Below are positions 11,571 to 21,610 of a stretch of 64,000 bases of DNA, in pieces (position 1 is the first letter of the stretch; each line of letters starts with the position of its first letter). Source of the stretch: Staphylococcus phage Twort; sequence record NC_007021.1, one strand, 5' to 3'. The notes under the pieces were generated by a model that was given only the letters and a program-made list of their open reading frames with translations, was not told where the DNA came from and made no database searches. The position numbers and the translations under genes are program-made.

Positions 11571-11598
11571 AACTAGGATTAATTTCCTAGTTTTTTTA
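11571..11598 (+). terminator. rho-independent terminator
   Basis: AACTAGGA-ttaatt-TCCTAGTT followed by TTTTTTT. Confidence 0.7.
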
Positions 11599-11627
11599 TT
11601 GACTTAATACTAAAAGTATGATAAAAT
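11599..11627 (+). promoter_or_regulatory. promoter TTGACT-17-TAAAAT with TGn extended -10
   Basis: TTGACT at 11599-11604, TGaTAAAAT ending at 11627. Lies directly upstream of the helicase gene. Confidence 0.5.
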
Positions 11628-11658
11628 AACCCTTGTGTATAGGGGGAAGGGAGCTTTT

Positions 11659-14600
11659 ATGAAGTTACGTATAAAAAACCTTTTCACTTATGTTGAATTT
11701 GAGGAGGATGATAAGTATTTAAAGGACATATTTTTAAAACGTGTACATAAAACAATTGGCGCAAGACAACAAGGATTTCAGTTTAGTCCTGCATATAAGA
11801 GAGGTAGTTGGGATGGATACATTGATTTCTATGTTTACGAGGAGGATAAATTCCCCACAGGGCTCCTACATAGAGTAGAGTTATTACTAGGAGAATTACA
11901 ATCAAGATATAACTTCCAATATTCTAAGATTGATGAACGTTCTGAAAGTTTCTTAGCTCCTGAAGATATTGACAAAGAAATTAAATTACTTGATAATAAG
12001 ATAGGTCAGATTACTTTAAGAGAATATCAATATCAAGCTGTGTACGAAAGTTTGGTTAATTTTAATGGCGTATTAAAGATTGCGACTAATGGTGGTAAAT
12101 GTATTTCTATGGATTCTATGATTTTAACTACAGAAGGGTACAAGTCTCTTCAAGAGATTTTTGAAACTCAAGGAGTTAAAGTAGATAATAAAGAAAAAGT
12201 CATAGAATTAAAATATCCATTAATAAATCGTTATGGTGACGTTGAGTACACTAGTCACTTTACTAAGAATGGAGAAAAGCCTACAAAGAGAATAAAAACT
12301 AATAAAGGTATTGAGTTAGTTAATACTTATAATCACCCATTATTAGTTAGAGAAGGTTTTAATCTTATATGGAAAAAAAGTGAAGATATTGAAGTAGGAG
12401 ATATTTTAGTATCTAGAGTAGGAGACCATCAATTTGGTAACAACAATACTGTAGAAAATGAAGAGGAAGCCTATGCATTAGGTTGTATGGTAGCTGACAG
12501 TTATTTAGGTTCTTACAGTCGTTTATCGTTTTCTAACGATAAAAAAGAGATACTAGATAAAGTTTCTAAATTTTGGAATACTTTCAGTAATAAAGAAGTT
12601 TATTATGATACGTATAAAGAATCTAAAGGTATAACTATACACTTACATGACACAAATAAAACTAAAGAATTTCATGATAAATATAAAATTGAATACGGAG
12701 TAGCAAAAGATAAGAAAATACCTAAGTGTATTATGGAATCTCCTGAAAATATTCAATTAGCATTTGTAAGTGGTTACTTAGAATGTGAGTCTAGTATATC
12801 AGAAAAGAACTTAGAAGTTACGAGTGCTTCTAAAGATTTACTAAAAGACTTACAACTTATTCTTTCTAATATAGGGATTGTATCAACTAATAAAGAAAAA
12901 GTAGTTAAAAAATACAAACACAATAAGTATTATAGACTTATAGTTAATAGAAAAGAATTGATTAAATTATTACCTTTATTAAGATTTGAAACACAACAAA
13001 GAAAAAATCAAAAAGAGAACTTCTTATCTAATAATACAAAAATTAAAAGTTCTTATGGAAACACTATAGAAGGGTCACGTTATTTATTAAAAAAATATAG
13101 AGATTCTTTAAATATAGACAAAAAAGAATTTAGTAAGTATCTTTCAAGAGATACTATTACTATTGATAGACTTAGAGAAGTAATTTCCTTATACCCTGAC
13201 GGGGATAAGGAAATTAGAGAACTTTTTGAAAATGTAGTAAATAATAATATTTACTACCAGAAAGTAGAACAAGTATTAGAAGGGGAGATTATACCTACAT
13301 TTGATGTATGTATGCCAAAAACACATAGTTTTATTGCCAACACTATTGTTAATCATAATACAGAATGTGCCAGTGGAATTATAGACCAATTACTACCACA
13401 ACTTGAAAAAGGGGAAACAATAGCTTTTTTCACAGGTTCTACAGAAATCTTTCATCAATCAGCAGATAGATTAAAAGAACGCTTAAATATTCCTATTGGT
13501 AAAATAGGTGCAGGTAAGTTTGATGTTAAACAGGTAAACGTTGTAATGATACCTACATTGAACTCAAATATGAAAGACCCTACAGAAGGATTAAAAGTTA
13601 CACCTAAGCAAAATATTAGTAAAAAGATAGCTAAGGAAGTATTGCCTAAATTTGAAGGTGGCAAGAATCAAAAAAGGTTTATGGGTATGTACTTAAAACA
13701 GTTTGAACCTAAAACTAAAGTAGACCAAAAGGTTAAAGATGAGTTAATTAATATTTACAATACTTCTAAGTCAGACCAAGAGTTACTACTTAACCTTAGA
13801 AAACATAATGTTATCTTCCAAAATATTGCGAAGAGTAAGAATGAAAAGAAATATAATAAGTATCACCAAATGCGTGAATTCTTAGACTCAGTTGCTGTAA
13901 TGATAGTAGATGAGGCGCACCATAGTAAATCTGATTCATGGTATAATAACCTAATGACTTGTGATAATGCACTGTACAGAATAGCTTTGACAGGTTCTAT
14001 TGATACACAAGATGATTTATTGAATATGAGATTAGAAGCATTATTCGGTGAAGTTATTTCTAGAGTATCAAATGAGTTTTTAATAAGTGAAGGGCACTCT
14101 GCTAAGCCTACTATTAATACAATACCTATAATGACACCTAAAGATATAGAAAACCAAAAAGAATATAGGGACGTTTATGATGAAGGGATAACAAATAATG
14201 AATTTAGAAATAAACTTATTGCAAAACTAACAGAAAAGTGGTATAATAAGGACAAAGGTGTTTTAATCATTGTTAACTTTATTACCCATGGGGAAAATAT
14301 ATCTAAATTACTAGAAGAGTTAGGCATAGAACATTTCTTCTTACACGGTGAAGTAGATTCAGAACTACGACAACAAAAATTAAATGATATGAGAAGTGGA
14401 AAGTTAAAAGTTATGATTGCTACAAGTCTCATTGATGAGGGAGTAGACATTAGTGGTATTCATGCACTTATCTTAGGTGCAGGAGGTAAGTCACTAAGAC
14501 AAGTTCTACAGCGTATTGGTAGAGCTTTACGTAAGAAGAAGGATGATAATACAACACAGATATTTGATTTTGAGGATAGAACACATAAATTTTTATATGA

Positions 14601-14673
14601 GCATTTTAAGCAAAGATTATCTATTTATGAAGAAGAAAAGTTTGAAGTAAAAGATGTTACAAGAAAGGGATAG
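11659..14673 (+). CDS. SF2 DEAH-box DNA helicase, intein-containing precursor
   Basis: Motif II MIVDEAHHS, motif III LTGS, motif VI QRIGRALR. The P-loop ATNGGK|...|TE is interrupted by an intein. The likely start is the ATG at 11659 after a GGGGGAAGGGAG RBS; the track ATG at 11635 lies inside the RBS. Confidence 0.8.
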   Translation: MKLRIKNLFTYVEFEEDDKYLKDIFLKRVHKTIGARQQGFQFSPAYKRGSWDGYIDFYVYEEDKFPTGLLHRVELLLGELQSRYNFQYSKIDERSESFLAPEDIDKEIKLLDNKIGQITLREYQYQAVYESLVNFNGVLKIATNGGKCISMDSMILTTEGYKSLQEIFETQGVKVDNKEKVIELKYPLINRYGDVEYTSHFTKNGEKPTKRIKTNKGIELVNTYNHPLLVREGFNLIWKKSEDIEVGDILVSRVGDHQFGNNNTVENEEEAYALGCMVADSYLGSYSRLSFSNDKKEILDKVSKFWNTFSNKEVYYDTYKESKGITIHLHDTNKTKEFHDKYKIEYGVAKDKKIPKCIMESPENIQLAFVSGYLECESSISEKNLEVTSASKDLLKDLQLILSNIGIVSTNKEKVVKKYKHNKYYRLIVNRKELIKLLPLLRFETQQRKNQKENFLSNNTKIKSSYGNTIEGSRYLLKKYRDSLNIDKKEFSKYLSRDTITIDRLREVISLYPDGDKEIRELFENVVNNNIYYQKVEQVLEGEIIPTFDVCMPKTHSFIANTIVNHNTECASGIIDQLLPQLEKGETIAFFTGSTEIFHQSADRLKERLNIPIGKIGAGKFDVKQVNVVMIPTLNSNMKDPTEGLKVTPKQNISKKIAKEVLPKFEGGKNQKRFMGMYLKQFEPKTKVDQKVKDELINIYNTSKSDQELLLNLRKHNVIFQNIAKSKNEKKYNKYHQMREFLDSVAVMIVDEAHHSKSDSWYNNLMTCDNALYRIALTGSIDTQDDLLNMRLEALFGEVISRVSNEFLISEGHSAKPTINTIPIMTPKDIENQKEYRDVYDEGITNNEFRNKLIAKLTEKWYNKDKGVLIIVNFITHGENISKLLEELGIEHFFLHGEVDSELRQQKLNDMRSGKLKVMIATSLIDEGVDISGIHALILGAGGKSLRQVLQRIGRALRKKKDDNTTQIFDFEDRTHKFLYEHFKQRLSIYEEEKFEVKDVTRKG
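12100..13359 (+). mobile_element. intein (420 aa) with LAGLIDADG homing endonuclease domain
   Basis: Begins with Cys (TGT at 12100) directly after GGK of Walker A. Ends IVNHN (AAT CAT AAT at 13351-13359) and is followed by Thr. Intein blocks F/G are TFDVCMPKTHSFIANTIVNHN. Two LAGLIDADG-like motifs, YALGCMVADSYLGS and LAFVSGYLECESS. Confidence 0.75.
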
Positions 14674-14678
14674 ATTAG

Positions 14679-16166
14679 ATGAGTAAGATAAAGAGAAGAT
14701 TATATAGTTATTTAGAACAGTATTCATTAAAGCATGAATACATAGCAACAACAAAAAAAGAATTAGCTGAAAAACTTAATATCTCTTTGTCTGCTCTTAC
14801 ATCTAACCTTAAGACCTTAGAAAATGAAGGTAAGATTGTTACTTCTACTAAACGTGGAAACAATGGTGGGTTTATTGTTACCCTTAATTTACCTAATACT
14901 GTTAATGAGGTAGAAGGTAATATAATAGAGTCTAGTAAAGACTACGCTAACTATTTAAAAGAAAAAGTATTTCCTACTTACCAATACAACTATAAAGGTA
15001 AACGTAGAACTAAAGTTGAAATGGTAAAATATAATGCTATTAAGGATAAGCAAAGAAAAGTTATATATGATATGAACTACTACTTAGATGGATTGCTATA
15101 TCCTGATAAAGAATTATTTAACTTATCTTATGACCCAGAAGGTTTTTATAAGGCATTTATTTTATATAAGCTCTATAATCAATACTCAGCTATGTTTTGT
15201 AAGCATAAGTTTGAAGAAACTAAAAAGGATTTTTATACTGCTAAAATGCAGTATTATATGAATTATCCTACACCTAAAAACTTCTTTAGTACAAAAGAGT
15301 TTACTATATTCTATAAATTACAAAAGTTAACTAAAGAATATGATATTAATGTATTTAAGTACATTCAAAATGTATTTAAGAACGTAGATTATGAATATAG
15401 GAATGGATACAAGAAAACATATTTACCACAACCTAACTACCTTATAAGTGAGAAGTATATAGATAGGTATTTAAAATATGTAAAAGGAGTAACTAAGAAT
15501 GTAAATACTACACAAAGACATGTAGGGGATTTAGAACTACTTGTAGATAGTTCTATATTTACAGAAGATTTAGTTGTTCAACAGTTACACCAACTATATA
15601 TAGAAGGTATTAATATTAGTAAGGTAGATATTAACTCTATATTTAATAGTGCTTTAGATGTAGAAGATGTAATGCTAGGACTATCTAGTAATGAAAAACA
15701 ACTAGTACTATTAAACTTTAATTATGAAGTAGAACAAAAAGTTAGTCATCTACCTGATAAAAATAAATTACTAATTACGAATTATGTAAAGCAGTTAATT
15801 ATTAATGAATATGATAGCTCTATAATCTCTAATAAGGCTTTACTTTCTATGTTTACGTTAGAACGGGAGTATTTTGTTGGTAGTAAAGTATTTAATACAC
15901 AAGAATCTTTATTTAAGTATAAGGATTTTGTAGGTACTTTAAATAACCAAGGTAATACTTTAGTAGGGTATACGTATTTAGTTTATAGAAACTTTAATAA
16001 CCTTATGTATACTATTAGAATGTATGGTGACTTGAAAGGGTATCAAACAAATTTAAAAGATTTACATAATGTGTTAGAAAAAAATAATCTAAAAGGGTTG
16101 ATTCCTTTTACTAAGTATGGTACACTTGATTATGACAAATTGAAAGGAAGATATGATAATGAGTAA
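14679..16166 (+). CDS. hypothetical replication-associated protein with N-terminal winged-helix-like region
   Basis: 495 aa. N-terminal ELAEKLNISLSALTSNLKTLENEGKIV is HTH-like. Located between two helicases. Confidence 0.4.
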   Translation: MSKIKRRLYSYLEQYSLKHEYIATTKKELAEKLNISLSALTSNLKTLENEGKIVTSTKRGNNGGFIVTLNLPNTVNEVEGNIIESSKDYANYLKEKVFPTYQYNYKGKRRTKVEMVKYNAIKDKQRKVIYDMNYYLDGLLYPDKELFNLSYDPEGFYKAFILYKLYNQYSAMFCKHKFEETKKDFYTAKMQYYMNYPTPKNFFSTKEFTIFYKLQKLTKEYDINVFKYIQNVFKNVDYEYRNGYKKTYLPQPNYLISEKYIDRYLKYVKGVTKNVNTTQRHVGDLELLVDSSIFTEDLVVQQLHQLYIEGINISKVDINSIFNSALDVEDVMLGLSSNEKQLVLLNFNYEVEQKVSHLPDKNKLLITNYVKQLIINEYDSSIISNKALLSMFTLEREYFVGSKVFNTQESLFKYKDFVGTLNNQGNTLVGYTYLVYRNFNNLMYTIRMYGDLKGYQTNLKDLHNVLEKNNLKGLIPFTKYGTLDYDKLKGRYDNE

Positions 16167-17595
16167 AAAGATTAAGGAGATTATTTTACATAATTCATTA
16201 AAAGACCCTAATTTTGCTAGAGATATTCTAACACAACTACCTAAGCATTTGTTTAGTTCCGAATCCGAAAAGATGGGGTATATTTATACCGCAATTAAAA
16301 GACTCACATACACCGTTGATAATTACTCAACAGATACGGTTGCTATTAAAGTAGAGGGCTTGATGAATACAAACCAAGAGTCAGAAGAAGATGTTACGAA
16401 TGCTCTAAAATATTTAGATACTTTATACACTGTTAAAGTAGACAACAAAGACGAGTCATTGAAAACAGAAATTAATAAATACATTAAGAAAGAGTTATCT
16501 AAAGAAGCATTGGTAAAGTTCATTTCAGAAAATAAACAAGAAGATTCTGATAACTTCACGGAACTTATAGAGCAACTTAAACAAATAGAAGTTAATAACC
16601 TCGGTGATGGTGATGGTGAGTTTTTAGACTTCTTTAATGATGTAGAGAAGAAAAAAGAATTACTATCTAAACTATCTGTAAATAAATATTCTACAGGGTA
16701 TACTTCATTAGATGCACAAATTGAGGGTGGTATTGCTCGTGGAGAAGTAGGTTTAGTTATTGCACCTTCTGGTAGGGGTAAATCTTTAATGGCATCAAAC
16801 TTAGCTAGAAATTATGTTGTTAATGGTTTAAACGTATTATATATCGGTTTAGAGGAAAAGTTAGACCGTATGGTACTCAGAACTGAACAACAAATTTTAG
16901 GTGTGGATAAATCAGCATTATTAAAAGATAAATTACAACTAAATGAGCAAGTATTTGATGCTATCCAATCAAAATATAAAGAGTACCCTACACTAGGTAA
17001 CTTATATATGTCTAAGCATATGCCTGGTGAAGTGAGTCCTACTAAGTTAGAGCAAATTATTATAAACACAATGATTCGTAAAGATATTCAAATTGATGTA
17101 GTAATTATTGACTACCCTAAGTTAATGCGTAACCCTTATGAGAAGTACGCATCTGAGAGTGAATCAGGTGGAAGACTATTTGAGGATATACGTAGACTAT
17201 CACAACAATATAATTTTGTATGTTGGACTTTAGCACAAACAAACAGAAACGCTTATGGTAGTGATGTAATCACAAGTGAACACGTAGAGGGAAGTCGTAA
17301 GATTATTAATGCTGTAGAAGTAGCATTAGTATTAAATCAAAAAGATATTGAGTTTAAAAACGGATTTTTGCGTTTATATTTAGATAAAGTACGGAATAGC
17401 TCTAATACAGGGGAAAGATTTGTACATATGAAAGTAAACCCTATGAAGATGAGAATTAAAGATGAAACAGAGGAAGAGTATAAAGAACACTTAGCTTTAT
17501 TATCAGATGATGGTAGAGAAGATACAAGTAAGTTCCAAAAGAAAGAAAATAAAGTAGACCAACTAAATAATTCTTTTGGTGGGTTAGAAATTTAA
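16153..17595 (+). CDS. DnaB-like replicative helicase
   Basis: RecA-fold C-terminal domain with Walker A GLVIAPSGRGKSLMASNLA and Walker B VVIIDYPKLM. Confidence 0.7.
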   Translation: MIMSKKIKEIILHNSLKDPNFARDILTQLPKHLFSSESEKMGYIYTAIKRLTYTVDNYSTDTVAIKVEGLMNTNQESEEDVTNALKYLDTLYTVKVDNKDESLKTEINKYIKKELSKEALVKFISENKQEDSDNFTELIEQLKQIEVNNLGDGDGEFLDFFNDVEKKKELLSKLSVNKYSTGYTSLDAQIEGGIARGEVGLVIAPSGRGKSLMASNLARNYVVNGLNVLYIGLEEKLDRMVLRTEQQILGVDKSALLKDKLQLNEQVFDAIQSKYKEYPTLGNLYMSKHMPGEVSPTKLEQIIINTMIRKDIQIDVVIIDYPKLMRNPYEKYASESESGGRLFEDIRRLSQQYNFVCWTLAQTNRNAYGSDVITSEHVEGSRKIINAVEVALVLNQKDIEFKNGFLRLYLDKVRNSSNTGERFVHMKVNPMKMRIKDETEEEYKEHLALLSDDGREDTSKFQKKENKVDQLNNSFGGLEI

Positions 17596-17598
17596 TTA

Positions 17599-17633
17599 AA
17601 AGCCTTGACAAACTAAATGTCAGGGCTTATAAT
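17599..17633 (+). promoter_or_regulatory. hairpin AAGCCTTGACA/TGTCAGGGCTT overlapping promoter TTGACA(17605)-17-TATAAT(17628)
   Basis: Read directly from sequence. RBS AAAGGAGGG follows. Confidence 0.5.
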
Positions 17634-17655
17634 TTTAGTATAAAGGAGGGTATTT

Positions 17656-18675
17656 ATGAAATTTATATTTTTTACAGATAGTCATTTTCATTTATTTACA
17701 AATTACGCAAAACCCGATGAAGAGTACGTAAATGACAGATTTAAGGAACAGATAGAGGCATTACAAGAAGTATTTAATATTGCTAGGAAAAATAAAGCAA
17801 AGGTCATCTTCGGGGGTGACCTCTTCCACAAAAGAAATGCTGTAGATACACGTGTATACAATAGAGTATTTGAAACCTTTGCTAGTAATCAAGATATACA
17901 AGTGTACATGGTTCGAGGGAATCACGATGCAGTTTCTAACTCTTTATACACAAATTCAAGTATAGATATATTTGAAACACTACCTAACGTAGGGGTAACT
18001 AAATCCTTACGTAGTGAGTCCTTATCTAGTAAAGTACAACTTACTATGTGTGCTTACGGAGATGAAACACAGGAAATTAAAGATTATATTAAAAGTAGTT
18101 ATCAAGATGGTAAGGTAAATATTTTAGTAGGTCATTTAGGTGTAGAAGGTTCTTTGACAGGTAACGGTAGCCATAGGTTAGAAGGTGCTTTCGGTTACAA
18201 GGACTTATTACCAGAGCAGTACGATTTTATTCTATTAGGGCATTACCATCGTAGACAATACTTAAATAATAACCATAATCACATGTATGGTGGTTCCCTT
18301 ATGCAACAATCATTTTCAGATGAACAAGAGTCAAATGGTGTTCATTTAATAGATACAGATAAACTAACAACAGAATTTATTCCTATTAACACAAGAAGAT
18401 TTATTACTTTAAATGAGGATTCCGAGAATATAGAAGAACAACTAAATTCTAACAACTTTATTCGTTGGGTGGGAACACCTGAGCAAGCTAAAGCTTTAGA
18501 ATTAGATGATGGATTAGAAAATGTACAGTTCCAAATTAAAAAACAATACACAATGGAAAAACGAGTAGACTCTGAAGTAACAGATTCACCATTACAAATC
18601 ACAGAAAAGTATGCTAAAGAGTATTACCCAGACTCTATTATTGAAATTAAAGAATGTTTAAAAGAAGTATTATAG
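17656..18675 (+). CDS. sbcD: SbcD/Mre11-family nuclease
   Basis: Metallophosphoesterase motifs FFTDSHFH, GGDLFH, GNHD, GHYH. Confidence 0.8.
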   Translation: MKFIFFTDSHFHLFTNYAKPDEEYVNDRFKEQIEALQEVFNIARKNKAKVIFGGDLFHKRNAVDTRVYNRVFETFASNQDIQVYMVRGNHDAVSNSLYTNSSIDIFETLPNVGVTKSLRSESLSSKVQLTMCAYGDETQEIKDYIKSSYQDGKVNILVGHLGVEGSLTGNGSHRLEGAFGYKDLLPEQYDFILLGHYHRRQYLNNNHNHMYGGSLMQQSFSDEQESNGVHLIDTDKLTTEFIPINTRRFITLNEDSENIEEQLNSNNFIRWVGTPEQAKALELDDGLENVQFQIKKQYTMEKRVDSEVTDSPLQITEKYAKEYYPDSIIEIKECLKEVL

Positions 18676-18684
18676 GCTATTGAC

Positions 18685-18712
18685 AAAGCATACCTAAAAT
18701 GGTATGCTTTTA
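18685..18712 (+). terminator. hairpin terminator AAAGCATACC-taaaat-GGTATGCTTT with a short T-run, preceded by TTGACA
   Basis: Sequence inspection. Confidence 0.45.
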
Positions 18713-18731
18713 GTATAGGAGGAAGATAGTA

Positions 18732-19094
18732 ATGGTATCGTATAATAACGAAGATTTTAATACTGTAGAGCTTACAGACATTCTTGATAAAGACCAACTA
18801 ATAGAGTTTTTAGTAAAAAATCAGAAAGTTAATAATTTAGATATTAGTAAAGTAAAACAAGATAAATTCGATATGAATATGGCGGTATTGCAATTTCAAG
18901 ATGATGAGAATAATTTAACAAATATTTGTAATGTAGAAAATTTAGATGAAGGTTTAGATAAAATACGTCAAATATTTAAAGATTCCGAATTAGAACATAG
19001 ACTACATTACTTTAGAGTTGTTGAGCATGAAGATTATTATTGGATTGATTACGGTTCACATCACACATTCTTTAGAGTAACAAAGAGGGGGTAG
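18732..19094 (+). CDS. hypothetical protein
   Basis: 120-aa ORF with GGAGG RBS. Confidence 0.4.
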   Translation: MVSYNNEDFNTVELTDILDKDQLIEFLVKNQKVNNLDISKVKQDKFDMNMAVLQFQDDENNLTNICNVENLDEGLDKIRQIFKDSELEHRLHYFRVVEHEDYYWIDYGSHHTFFRVTKRG

Positions 19095-19097
19095 GTT

Positions 19098-21008
19098 ATG
19101 GTTAAATTTAAAAAAGTAGAGATTAAAAACTTTATGTCTATAAAAGATGCAACACTAGAGTTAGACAACCAAGGGCTTATACTTATAGAAGGTATAAATA
19201 AGACAAACGATTCTTTTGAAGCCAATGGCGTAGGGAAATCGACACTAGTATCGGCTATCACATATTCCCTATATGGAAAAACGGAAAAAGGTCTAAAAGC
19301 CGATGATGTCATCAATAAAAAAGAAAAGAAAAACACATCTGTTAAACTTTACTTTGATATAGGTGAAGATAATTATATTATTGAGCGTTATAGAAAAGAC
19401 GAAGAAAACAAAAATAAAGTAAAACTATTCTGTAATGGTAAAGAAATTACAGGCTCTACGAATGATGTTACAGATAAACAAATACTAGATTTATTCGGTA
19501 TAGACTTTAACACATACCTCAACGCTATTGTATATGGTCAAGGTGATATGCCTATGTTCAGCCAAGCAACTGACAAAGGTAAAAAAGAAATTTTAGAGTC
19601 TATTACTAAGGTAGAAGTATACAAAAAAGCACAAGAAGTAGCTAAAGAAAAAGTAAAAGAAGTAGAAGATAAGCAAAATAAATTACAAAATAGTATTCAA
19701 CAACTAGAATATCAAATAGATTCTGTTCAATATAAAATTGAGTATGAACAAAATAATTATAAAGAGCAACTACAACGACTAGAAGCTATTAAAGAAGAGA
19801 ATACTAAAAAAGAACAACAAAAAGTAGAAGAAGAAAAGAAATTAAAAGAACAACTATATAATTTACCAGACTACAGACAAGTTCAAGACACTTTTCAATA
19901 TTCGGAACAATATAATAAAATACAACTTGCTTTACAAAAACTAGAAGAAAAGAAAAAAGAACTTTTAGATAGTTACAATAATACAAAAGTAGAATTATCT
20001 GTAGAAACTACAAAACTTAATACAGAACAAAACAAGCTAAATAGTCTAGATACTTCTGATAAATGCCCCGTATGCGGTTCGCAAATTGATAATAATCATA
20101 AATTAAAAGAACAAGAGAACATTAAGAATACAATATTATCTATTAATGAAAGAACAGACTACTTAAAAACACAAGAAGATTTATATAAACAGGCTATTCA
20201 ACAATTAGATGCTAAAGCTACTCAATTACTAGAAGTAGCAAAAAGGGAAGAAGAGCAAGAAAAGCAACACGATAAGTTAGTATATTCAACTAAAGAGTAT
20301 AATAATAGTATTGATTATAACAAAAAGTCCTTAGAACAACAATTAAGTAATTTAGATTCTAAATACCAACAGCAAGACTTATCAAAGCTAACGCCTACAG
20401 AACCAAACATAAAACAATACGAAGATGAATTAAAAGAAGTAAATATTACTATTGACAAAACAAAGGATAGTATAATACAATTAGAGAATAAGAAACAACG
20501 TTATAAAGATGCTGTAGAAGCTTTTTCTAACAAAGGTTTACGTTCTGTAGTATTAGATTTTATCACACCTTTCTTAAATGAAAAAGCAAATGAATATTTG
20601 CAGATTCTTTCTGGTTCGGATATTGAAATAGAATTTCAAACACAGGTTAAAAACAACAAAGGTGAATTAAAAGATAAGTTTGATGTTGTTGTAAACAATA
20701 AAAGTGGTGGTTCTACTTATAAATCTAATTCCGCAGGAGAACAAAAGCGCATAGACCTAGCTATTAGTTTTGCTATTCAAGACCTTGTAATGAGCCAGAA
20801 TGACTTACAGACTAACATTGCACTTTACGATGAATGTTTCGATGGGTTAGACACAATTGGTTGTGAGAACGTAGTAAGATTACTTAAAGATAGATTAAAA
20901 ACAGTATCTACTATTTTTGTAATTACACATAACCAATCACTTAAACCACTATTTGAAAAAACGATTACTATGATTAAAGAAAATGGAGAGGCAAGAATGG
21001 AGATATAG
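19098..21008 (+). CDS. sbcC: SbcC/Rad50-family ATPase
   Basis: Walker A NGVGKST, long coiled-coil, zinc hook CPVCG, ABC signature NSAGEQKR, D-loop YDECFDGLD. Confidence 0.8.
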   Translation: MVKFKKVEIKNFMSIKDATLELDNQGLILIEGINKTNDSFEANGVGKSTLVSAITYSLYGKTEKGLKADDVINKKEKKNTSVKLYFDIGEDNYIIERYRKDEENKNKVKLFCNGKEITGSTNDVTDKQILDLFGIDFNTYLNAIVYGQGDMPMFSQATDKGKKEILESITKVEVYKKAQEVAKEKVKEVEDKQNKLQNSIQQLEYQIDSVQYKIEYEQNNYKEQLQRLEAIKEENTKKEQQKVEEEKKLKEQLYNLPDYRQVQDTFQYSEQYNKIQLALQKLEEKKKELLDSYNNTKVELSVETTKLNTEQNKLNSLDTSDKCPVCGSQIDNNHKLKEQENIKNTILSINERTDYLKTQEDLYKQAIQQLDAKATQLLEVAKREEEQEKQHDKLVYSTKEYNNSIDYNKKSLEQQLSNLDSKYQQQDLSKLTPTEPNIKQYEDELKEVNITIDKTKDSIIQLENKKQRYKDAVEAFSNKGLRSVVLDFITPFLNEKANEYLQILSGSDIEIEFQTQVKNNKGELKDKFDVVVNNKSGGSTYKSNSAGEQKRIDLAISFAIQDLVMSQNDLQTNIALYDECFDGLDTIGCENVVRLLKDRLKTVSTIFVITHNQSLKPLFEKTITMIKENGEARMEI

Positions 21009-21010
21009 TT

Positions 21011-21598
21011 ATGAAGTTAAAAATTAAAAATAAATTTATGGGAGTGTTAGAGGTTACTAATTCTATGGGTGTAACTAAGTTAGACGTACCCTTAAGTAAC
21101 ATACATGAATGGTATCCTTTTTCTAACGCTTATTCTTACAAGTATAATGTAAAAACAAAAGATTTAGTATTAAAACGACTACGTTCATCACTACCAGTAT
21201 CTTATGGGATTGAACGAGCGTCTAAAGAGTATGACAAAGATAAAGTATGTAACACAGTAACATGGATAAACCATTCAGTAAAAGACAGTAATTTACACAT
21301 TATTAATAAAGCTAAATCATATGGGTTACCTGTTATTACAGAAAAGTATACATATGAAGATGTGGATTATGGGTTTGCACAGTTAAATGTTATCTTTTCT
21401 GAATTAAAATCTTTGATTATTAATCGTTATTTAGAGGATAAAGATGGTAGTTTTATTGTTAAGTTTAAAAGACACAACCCAGAAACCCAATATCATTTAG
21501 CGGTACAAGATGCTGATGAGGTTATTAATAATACCTATGATGAGCTAGGTCAAATGTATAAAATGTTATTACTAATGAAGAAATTAAGTAAGTATTAA
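21011..21598 (+). CDS. hypothetical protein
   Basis: 195-aa ORF tightly packed after sbcC. Confidence 0.4.
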   Translation: MKLKIKNKFMGVLEVTNSMGVTKLDVPLSNIHEWYPFSNAYSYKYNVKTKDLVLKRLRSSLPVSYGIERASKEYDKDKVCNTVTWINHSVKDSNLHIINKAKSYGLPVITEKYTYEDVDYGFAQLNVIFSELKSLIINRYLEDKDGSFIVKFKRHNPETQYHLAVQDADEVINNTYDELGQMYKMLLLMKKLSKY

Positions 21599-21610
21599 AG
21601 GATTGATTCT

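Noticed and set aside
11635-11658. Upstream ATG at 11635 as the helicase start
   Set aside because: It sits inside the GGGGGAAGGGAG Shine-Dalgarno. The ATG at 11659 has correct spacing and gives the conserved N-terminus.
18680-18708. Promoter TTGACA-17-TATGCT at 18680
   Set aside because: The -10 is poor (TATGCT) and lies within the terminator stem. It is treated only as a terminator; an alternative -10 TAGTAT would have 25-nt spacing.
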